From IMG/VR virus record IMGVR_UViG_3300017747_002433, positions 1-25,305 of that record: 25,305 nt of DNA. The stretch is one strand, 5' to 3'. Source of the stretch: a virus. Lineage: Duplodnaviria > Caudoviricetes. The first letter of the stretch is position 1, and every line of letters begins with the position of its first letter. A program made the position numbers and the translations under genes. Below, in pieces: positions 25,293 through 25,305 of the stretch. The notes under the pieces are model-generated. The model had not been told where the DNA came from. It did not search any database and was given only the letters and a program-made list of their open reading frames with translations.

Positions 25293-25305
25293 ATTTATAT
25301 AATGT

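Noticed and set aside
25272-25303. + strand TTGACA...TATAAT promoter
   Set aside because: Spacer is 20 nt, too long for sigma70, and downstream context lies outside the window.

Overview
This is a 25.3-kb AT-rich fragment of a dsDNA tailed phage, most likely a podovirus with two convergent genome arms (SIO1/Cobavirus/VpV262/LUZ24-like layout, inferred). The host is probably a proteobacterium. The + arm (1-7031) holds the end of the virion module: a 5'-truncated >1480-aa putative ejection protein, a 765-aa virion protein with a C-terminal GH24 lysozyme, and a small holin-like membrane protein. The - arm (7138-25305) holds early, replication and nucleotide-metabolism genes: primase, helicase, PolA, 5'-3' exonuclease, HNH nuclease, phosphoesterase, PhoH, SSB, adenine methyltransferase, MazG-like protein, NrdB/NrdA, ThyX and DUF3310. 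No RNA polymerase, integrase, tRNA or CRISPR array was seen. The most notable points are four. (1) The family A polymerase is split into three complementary genes in permuted order (exo, palm/fingers, thumb). (2) A ~150-nt structured RNA lies between those genes and has two mutually exclusive folds, one of which sequesters the SD and AUG that drive the thumb gene. (3) An in-frame AGGAGG-GTG start could release a free endolysin from the virion protein. (4) A 31/32-bp segment is shared by the unrelated methyltransferase and ssb genes. All calls are by eye from motifs; no searches were run.
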